Source of the DNA: a virus
Virus record (IMG/VR): IMGVR_UViG_3300044632_001398
Span: 10,302 to 74,301 of that record
Direction: 5' to 3' (one strand)
DNA: 64,000 nucleotides
In this document: in pieces, positions 58,052 to 64,000 of the stretch
How positions within the stretch are numbered: position 1 is the first letter of the stretch
Layout: every line of letters begins with the position of its first letter
Program-made: the position numbers and the translations under genes
The notes under the pieces: model-generated
The model's database searches: none
What the model was told of the DNA's origin: nothing
The model's input: the letters and a program-made list of their open reading frames with translations, nothing else

Positions 58052-58255
58052 ATGGAAAATATTTTTAACGGTTTAATTGAATTTGATTCCACAGAAGAGT
58101 TTAATGAGTTTGTAGACAACATTGACAAGAGTAATGCACTTATGATTATTGAAAAACAAATTGAATACTTCCAACAGAGTGGAGCGTTTACATTATTAGA
58201 ATCAGCTACACTATTAAAGTGTTTGAATAAATTAAAAGAGAATGAAAAAATATAG
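58052..58255 (+). CDS. Hypothetical protein
   Basis: ATG 58052 follows TATATTTG. Confidence 0.55.
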   Translation: MENIFNGLIEFDSTEEFNEFVDNIDKSNALMIIEKQIEYFQQSGAFTLLESATLLKCLNKLKENEKI

Positions 58256-58427
58256 TAAAGACTTTTTTGTTTATAATAAAAGACATCATTGGTTTATTAT
58301 ACCAACGATTGTATTTTTTTACAACAAAGAAACATTTTTAGAATCTGGAGTTTACACACCGTCATTTGGATTAACAATTAGATGGTTAACATTTATGATA
58401 GGATTTCAAATACAACAAGAATATTAA
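58242..58427 (+). CDS. Small hydrophobic hypothetical protein
   Basis: 61 aa, coupled to neighbouring genes. Confidence 0.5.
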   Translation: MKKYSKDFFVYNKRHHWFIIPTIVFFYNKETFLESGVYTPSFGLTIRWLTFMIGFQIQQEY

Positions 58428-58436
58428 AAATAAATT

Positions 58437-59534
58437 ATGGATATGTTTAATATTTTAAAAAAATATGTTTGTACCATGCCTTTCAAATATACAGACATAC
58501 AAACCAACGGACAATTTGTGTGCTGCCCATCTTGGAATGGAAAAAATATAAATTCGAACGGATTAACAAATTTGAGTGAAAATTGGAAAAATACCATATC
58601 AATTGATATTAGAAAATCGGTAATGGATGGTACATATGAATATTGTAACAAAACGGTTTGTCCAAAATTAAATGAATTAATTAACACTAATTCAGTACCT
58701 AAAGAATTTTTAGAAATTAATACTTTTAAAACGAAATATAAAATAAATTCAACTGAAGATTTGGTTAATTTTACAAAATCTCCCGAAGAAATTTTATTTG
58801 GATTTGATAAAAGTTGTAATCTAAAGTGTCCTTCTTGTCGAGTGAATTTAATACCAAATGACGACATCAATTCAACATATAACGAATTGAAAATGAACAT
58901 TTTAAAATCAATTGAAAATGATTATGGTGGAGAATTAAAAAAAATAATGATAACAGGTAGTGGTGACCCAATTTACTCTAAAATTTATAGAGACTACTTA
59001 ATAAATTTTGATAAAACAAAATATCCAAAATTACAAAAAATTCATTTAATAACAAATGGAAATTTATTAGATGAAAAAATGTGGAATAGTTTTAAGGCCA
59101 AAGAATTTATTAAAATTATTGAAATAAGTATTGATGCCGCAACTAAAGAAACATATGAAAACTCAACAAGATTAAATGGTAACTGGAATAGATTAATTAA
59201 TAATTTAAAATATCTATCAACACAAAATACAATAGATGAATTTTATTTCTCAATGGTAGTTAGTAAAAATAATTACAAAGAAATGGAAATGTTCTATAAT
59301 TTAATTATCGGGATATTCGGTAAATCAAAATTCAAATATGGATATACAATAGTTTATAGACAATTAGTTGATTGGAACACATATTTACCAACCGAATTAA
59401 AAGAATTACAAGTTTTTGAAAAGGGTCATGAATTATATGATGATTTTGTAATTGAATTAGAAAAAATAAATAACAAAAAAAATGTAAATCATAATTTTAA
59501 TCATATATCTAAAATGAAAAAGTCTTTAATATAA
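58437..59534 (+). CDS. Radical SAM enzyme with N-terminal SPASM/twitch domain
   Basis: CTMPF..CCPSW..W..R..C..CP; CNLKCPSC; GSGDP; TNG; SIDA. Confidence 0.9.
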   Translation: MDMFNILKKYVCTMPFKYTDIQTNGQFVCCPSWNGKNINSNGLTNLSENWKNTISIDIRKSVMDGTYEYCNKTVCPKLNELINTNSVPKEFLEINTFKTKYKINSTEDLVNFTKSPEEILFGFDKSCNLKCPSCRVNLIPNDDINSTYNELKMNILKSIENDYGGELKKIMITGSGDPIYSKIYRDYLINFDKTKYPKLQKIHLITNGNLLDEKMWNSFKAKEFIKIIEISIDAATKETYENSTRLNGNWNRLINNLKYLSTQNTIDEFYFSMVVSKNNYKEMEMFYNLIIGIFGKSKFKYGYTIVYRQLVDWNTYLPTELKELQVFEKGHELYDDFVIELEKINNKKNVNHNFNHISKMKKSLI

Positions 59535-59592
59535 TATGATTAATAAAAAAATTAAACAAGTGTTGTAATGACAGTAACAAAACGAATAAATT

Positions 59593-60591
59593 ATGAACAA
59601 TATCGACAAACAATATCAATCATTACTACAAGATATTTTAGATAACGGAATAGAGAAATCAGATAGAACAGGAACTGGAACTATTTCAGTTTTCGGTAGA
59701 CAAATCCGTCATAAAATGAGTGAAGGGTTTCCTTTACTTACCACGAAGAAAATGGCGTGGAAAACAATGGTAGTAGAACTCCTATGGTTTCTAAGAGGAA
59801 GTACTAACATTAAATTCTTATTGGATTACGATTGTCACATTTGGGATGGAGATGCTTATAAAAACTATGATAAACTATATGATAGTTACAATCCACCATT
59901 TAGTGGACCCTATCCAAAACGATTAACTAAAGAAGAGTTTATTAAAGAAATAAAAACTAATAAAAGTTTTGAAGAAGAGTACGGTGATTTAGGACCAATT
60001 TATGGTAAACAATGGAGAGATTGGAATGGATTAGACCAAATACAAAATCTTATTGATGAACTTAAAACAAATCCTGATAGTAGAAGATTGATGGTAAATG
60101 CGTGGAACGTAGGAGAATTGGATAAAATGGTTTTACCACCTTGTCATTATGGATTTCAAGTTTATACGAGAAAAACAACAAGAGATGAAAAAATAGTTAA
60201 TCCTGGAAAATATAGAGCTATATCTTTAATTTGGAATCAAAGAAGTGTGGACACATTTTTAGGATTACCATTTAACATTGCAAGTTATGCATTATTATTA
60301 GAGATTATAGCAAAAGAGGTTGATATGATACCTGATGAATTGATTGGTAATTTAGGTGATACTCATTTATATCTTAACCATATTGAACAAGCTAAAGAAC
60401 AAATCAGTAGAGAACCATATGATTTACCAAAAGTTGAAATCACAGAGAGAAACTGGTATCAACATCAATTGGTTAAAGAAAGATTAGGTGAAAAAACTTT
60501 AGATGAAAAATTAAAAAGTTATAGACCGGATTGTTTTGAATTAATAGGATACCAATCACACGATAAGATAAAAGCACCTTTAAGTAATTAA
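59593..60591 (+). CDS. thyA: Thymidylate synthase
   Basis: DRTGTGT, FPLLTTKK, ELLWFL, LGPIYG.QWR, SRR, LPPCH, QRSVD.FLGLPFN, GDTHLY. Confidence 0.97.
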   Translation: MNNIDKQYQSLLQDILDNGIEKSDRTGTGTISVFGRQIRHKMSEGFPLLTTKKMAWKTMVVELLWFLRGSTNIKFLLDYDCHIWDGDAYKNYDKLYDSYNPPFSGPYPKRLTKEEFIKEIKTNKSFEEEYGDLGPIYGKQWRDWNGLDQIQNLIDELKTNPDSRRLMVNAWNVGELDKMVLPPCHYGFQVYTRKTTRDEKIVNPGKYRAISLIWNQRSVDTFLGLPFNIASYALLLEIIAKEVDMIPDELIGNLGDTHLYLNHIEQAKEQISREPYDLPKVEITERNWYQHQLVKERLGEKTLDEKLKSYRPDCFELIGYQSHDKIKAPLSN

Positions 60592-60594
60592 AAA

Positions 60595-61233
60595 ATGAGT
60601 AGAGTATGGACATTTGGAGATAGTTTAACCGAAGGTTTTAAATCAACTGATTTTTGGGCGAGAACTTATGTAAAATGGAAAGGATATGTTCCGTTAACAC
60701 ACGGAGAAATTATTGCAAATAAATTTGGATATGAAATAATAAATTTAGGTAGAGGTGGGTCAGATAATTATACTATTTTTGAAACGTTTTGTGAAAATAT
60801 TGAAAAATTTGAAAAAAACGACATTGTAATAATTGGTTGGTCTGATGTTAATAGATTCAGATTACATAATAGAAACGGTAATTGGACATCAATCTTACCA
60901 AATTTTACAAATGACATTAAAAATATTAATAACATAAGTCAAAATACAATTGATGAAATTTTAATTAATAGAAGTTCGGATGTTTATGTTAATGAGGTTA
61001 ATAATTGGTTAAATGTTATTAAAAAATCTTTAATAGACGTAAAGTTTATTAGTTGGTCAAGGTTTAACAAAGGGAAGATAAAAGGTTTATATATCAATGA
61101 AAAGATTGATTTAATTTATAGGGAAACTAAAGGTGAGATAAAAGACTATCATTTTAGTGAATTGGGTCAAAAAACGGTTGCGGAAATATTAATAAATGCG
61201 ATTGGTGATAAATCAAAACAAAAATTTATATAA
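60595..61233 (+). CDS. SGNH-like protein
   Basis: FGDSLT, NLGRGGSDN, IGWS..RF, DYHFS..G. Confidence 0.65.
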   Translation: MSRVWTFGDSLTEGFKSTDFWARTYVKWKGYVPLTHGEIIANKFGYEIINLGRGGSDNYTIFETFCENIEKFEKNDIVIIGWSDVNRFRLHNRNGNWTSILPNFTNDIKNINNISQNTIDEILINRSSDVYVNEVNNWLNVIKKSLIDVKFISWSRFNKGKIKGLYINEKIDLIYRETKGEIKDYHFSELGQKTVAEILINAIGDKSKQKFI

Positions 61234-61267
61234 AAAACCCTGACAATCAATAAGTTATCAGGGTTTT
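61234..61267. terminator. Bidirectional intrinsic terminator
   Basis: AAAACCCTGA..TCAGGGTTTT between convergent genes. Confidence 0.75.
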
Positions 61268-61276
61268 ATGGGGGAT

Positions 61277-61411
61277 TTACATCCTTCCTTGTCCACGATA
61301 GTTCTTTTCAGTTCTATCGTGTTTGTTGTGTGTTTTAGAGGCTTTACCACCTTTTCTTTTCCCGAAGGAAACCTTGGTTGAGGCACCGCCTTTACCTTTT
61401 GCTTTCGCCAT
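61277..61411 (-). CDS. 44-aa highly basic protein ending YRGQGRM (absent from ORF track)
   Basis: MAKAKGKGGASTKVSFGKRKGGKASKTHNKHDRTEKNYRGQGRM; TACTTATA upstream; converges on the terminator. Confidence 0.7.
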   Translation of the reverse strand: MAKAKGKGGASTKVSFGKRKGGKASKTHNKHDRTEKNYRGQGRM

Positions 61412-61477
61412 AAAAATTGTGTTTCTTATAAGTATATCCCAAATTAATTTGTTATATTTGTTTACTAAACTTACTTT

Positions 61478-63403
61478 ATGGAGGAAATATTACTATATCA
61501 ACGATACTCTTACGCGAAGATTACACCATATAAGAATTACTCTAAATTCCCAAGAGAGATACAACCACATAGTGGAATACATAAACAATTATCGTATGAT
61601 GATGATTTTAGTACCATAACTCACTATTACGATGCGGAAGATGGTATTGGACTAACCCCTTTGTTAGATGGTACTAGAAAGAAAAACACAAGATACTTTT
61701 ATTGGAAGGATGAACTCAAAGACATGCCGATTATAAAATACGCATCAAAACATAAATTAGATGGTGGAATGGGAGTTTTTTACACCACGAAAGATAGACA
61801 CATAAAGAAATATTATAACGAACCATTCAGTGATATATTGGTAGTTATTCTTGAGAGATCAATTATAAGAAGAGGAGAAAAGGTCACAATAAAAACAAAC
61901 AAATACACAAAACATAGAGGTTTTAATTGTAAGTATTTTAAAGCGAATAAATTTTCCACATCAGTAACTTTTGATATGATTAAAGGTGATTTTTTATTAA
62001 TCACTTCTGCCGGAAAAGGTAAGGATAGAAAGAAACTAAAACCTACATTTAGAAAAAATAGTTTTAATCATCTTATAAATTTTATTAAGAGTCCTGATGG
62101 ACCATTTAGATTTTTGAGAAATCATATGGGAAAAAATAATGGGTTATACAAAGATTTATATTACGCATTTGATGACAAACAATTCAATCAAGCTTTGTAT
62201 TCGATATTCAATCGTATAATTACAAACCCAACCGACGGAACATTGTTTAGAGATTTATTTTATGATGAAGTGATGAGATGGTTTATCAATACTAAAAAAA
62301 TAAAAACTCCAAACGAATATAAAGATTTAATACTTAGATATTACCCAACTGAAAAGTACTTAAAGAAAAATGATAGGAAATTGATTGCATCAATATTAGA
62401 TGTATTTCAAATCAAATCAAAAATAACAATTAAGTTATTACACGAAAGACCTAATATAGATTTAAAATCACTCATAAGATTATGTTATTTATTTGGAGAC
62501 CAATATCAAAAATATATCGGATCTATTGGTTTTAATATGTTTGGAGTTATGAGCACAATCAATGATTTACCTTCATCGTCTTTAAAAATAATGGAAAGTA
62601 CTTGTAGTGATTATAAAAATCATGGATATAATATTAATGATATTGAGAAAGAAAATTTATTAAAAGTATTAACAAGTGAACCTAAAAATGGTAGTATTAT
62701 AAATGAAAATTTCGTAGGATTAATTGTGGACCATTTTAGAATGTTAAATAGAATTAGAGAATATGACCCTAACATTAGAATGAAGGCAAATAATATAACT
62801 AAATTTCATTTAGAACATAATGAATTATCTAAAATAATATCGGCAATTAAAAAGGGTTGGGTGATTCAATATTTCTATCCCGAAGAAACAATTAGACAAA
62901 TACAGCAACCAATTAGTTGTGAGAAAAAAAGTGAGTTGTGGGAGAATAATTATGAAGGTAGTAAAGAATTAATTAGTTCAGTTAGTGATGGAAGTGTAAT
63001 AATTTATCCATATGTATTAACAAGAGAAGAAGAATATATTGAAGAAGGTAAATTTATGCATCATTGTGTAGCATCATATGCGGAAACCGACACATCAATG
63101 ATTATTTCATTACGAACTGAAGATAAACAAGATAGAGTTACATGTGAATTTAAAATATCTGACGGAAGATTGATACAATCAAAATATTTCTCAAATACAC
63201 CTCCACCAAAACATTATGAACATGCAATAGATTGTGTTAGTGATTTGATTAGAATACACGCAAGATTCGGAACACTTAATTGGTTAAAGAAAGATAGGGT
63301 ACCTGTTATGATAAATGGATTTGAAATACCTGCGGAGAAAAGGGAACCGAGAAGATTAATAGATATTTTAAATTTGGACGACACATTACCATTACCATTT
63401 TAA
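61478..63403 (+). CDS. PcfJ-like domain protein
   Basis: C-terminal EEG..MHHCVASY..IISLR..T.E..Q..N. Confidence 0.75.
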   Translation: MEEILLYQRYSYAKITPYKNYSKFPREIQPHSGIHKQLSYDDDFSTITHYYDAEDGIGLTPLLDGTRKKNTRYFYWKDELKDMPIIKYASKHKLDGGMGVFYTTKDRHIKKYYNEPFSDILVVILERSIIRRGEKVTIKTNKYTKHRGFNCKYFKANKFSTSVTFDMIKGDFLLITSAGKGKDRKKLKPTFRKNSFNHLINFIKSPDGPFRFLRNHMGKNNGLYKDLYYAFDDKQFNQALYSIFNRIITNPTDGTLFRDLFYDEVMRWFINTKKIKTPNEYKDLILRYYPTEKYLKKNDRKLIASILDVFQIKSKITIKLLHERPNIDLKSLIRLCYLFGDQYQKYIGSIGFNMFGVMSTINDLPSSSLKIMESTCSDYKNHGYNINDIEKENLLKVLTSEPKNGSIINENFVGLIVDHFRMLNRIREYDPNIRMKANNITKFHLEHNELSKIISAIKKGWVIQYFYPEETIRQIQQPISCEKKSELWENNYEGSKELISSVSDGSVIIYPYVLTREEEYIEEGKFMHHCVASYAETDTSMIISLRTEDKQDRVTCEFKISDGRLIQSKYFSNTPPPKHYEHAIDCVSDLIRIHARFGTLNWLKKDRVPVMINGFEIPAEKREPRRLIDILNLDDTLPLPF

Positions 63404-63438
63404 CTACACATTTTGATTAAATCCATATATATTTCTAT

Positions 63439-64000
63439 ATGGATTTATTATTTGAGTATAGACAAGAGAAGATAGATAAAAAATATGACGCGACTAATGT
63501 GTGTCATCTTTATTTACACAAAGAAAATGATAATATATTATTTTCAAGTTACTTTGATTTTGATTATAGTAGATATGGTGTAAAGAAACATTTATCATTC
63601 ATACATAAATTTAATTTTGATTTAAATACTGGTGATGTTGTCGTAACATACAATCTCATTAACGATAACCTTACTGAAGATAGATTGTTCAGAAATTCAA
63701 GTAGAGAAAAAAAGAATGATTTTAAAATGTTATTTGAGTTAACCGAAAATGGTTTTGATAGAGGGGAAAAAAGAATTGGTTATTGGGGAATTAAGTATGT
63801 GAGAGCAACAGGACAAATGAAGGACATATTATATTCTCAAATAAAAGATAAATTTAAAAGTCCTTTCGTACAACAAAAATTAATTAAAGGTGAATATACC
63901 ATTAATTGTCTTTATGATATGTTGGTTGATTTACATTTAGAAATTAAAGGAATTAAGGGTCATAATGGAATATATAATGACATTCAAAATGAATACCCGA
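63439..64000 (+). CDS. 3'-truncated hypothetical protein, probable paralog of the PcfJ-like gene
   Basis: Open from ATG 63439 to the window end; FDLNTGD..KN.F..IK..N..YP echoes FDMIKGD..KNSF..KIK.PN..YYP. Confidence 0.55.
   Translation, partial: MDLLFEYRQEKIDKKYDATNVCHLYLHKENDNILFSSYFDFDYSRYGVKKHLSFIHKFNFDLNTGDVVVTYNLINDNLTEDRLFRNSSREKKNDFKMLFELTENGFDRGEKRIGYWGIKYVRATGQMKDILYSQIKDKFKSPFVQQKLIKGEYTINCLYDMLVDLHLEIKGIKGHNGIYNDIQNEYP

Noticed and set aside
61323-61619. 98-aa plus-strand ORF in the track
   Set aside because: Antisense shadow of the 61277..61411 gene that also overlaps the PcfJ-like gene.
1-64000. Bacterial O-antigen/capsule locus or eukaryotic giant virus
   Set aside because: No flippase, polymerase or export genes. 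The S74 fibre, PcfJ-like gene, gp23-like fragment, overlapping operons and intrinsic terminators favour a tailed phage.
1-64000. Stop-codon reassignment, tRNA/rRNA genes, IS elements
   Set aside because: Genes tile densely under code 11 with TAA, TGA and TAG all used as stops. Intergenic gaps are short and AT-rich, and no cloverleaf or transposase motifs were seen by eye.

Overview
This is a gene-dense, strongly AT-rich segment of what is most plausibly a large tailed-phage genome. Supporting signs are a tail fibre with an S74 chaperone, thyA, a PcfJ-like gene, a T4 gp23-like fragment and tight ATGA/TAATG gene overlaps. The lack of obvious Shine-Dalgarno sites and TAnnTTTG-like elements suggest a Bacteroidota host. 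About 57 kb is one large glycosylation and modification island. It holds GT7/GT2/GT4 glycosyltransferases, LamG-like domains, three twitch/SPASM radical SAM enzymes, about 10 SGNH-like paralogs and 5 paralogs of a GT10-like family. It also holds nucleotide-sugar enzymes (RmlC, Ugd, SDRs, a split TPP enzyme), a carbamoyltransferase, an APS-kinase module and a TibC-like heptosyltransferase beside a Gly-Ser-rich tail fibre. The most striking element is at 30.6-38.3 kb. One ORF fuses a circularly permuted ATP-grasp-like domain to a Hint domain that retains only its C-terminal His-Asn, followed by a 27-aa six-cysteine peptide. An array of tailoring enzymes follows (SET, five 2OG-Fe(II) oxygenases, two sulfotransferases, a GAMT-like methyltransferase, GNAT), nearly all ending in a shared Lys-x-x-(L/I)-(L/I) C-terminal tag. 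This looks like a self-processing, RiPP-like peptide modification system in a phage. All calls come from reading motifs by eye; no searches were run.
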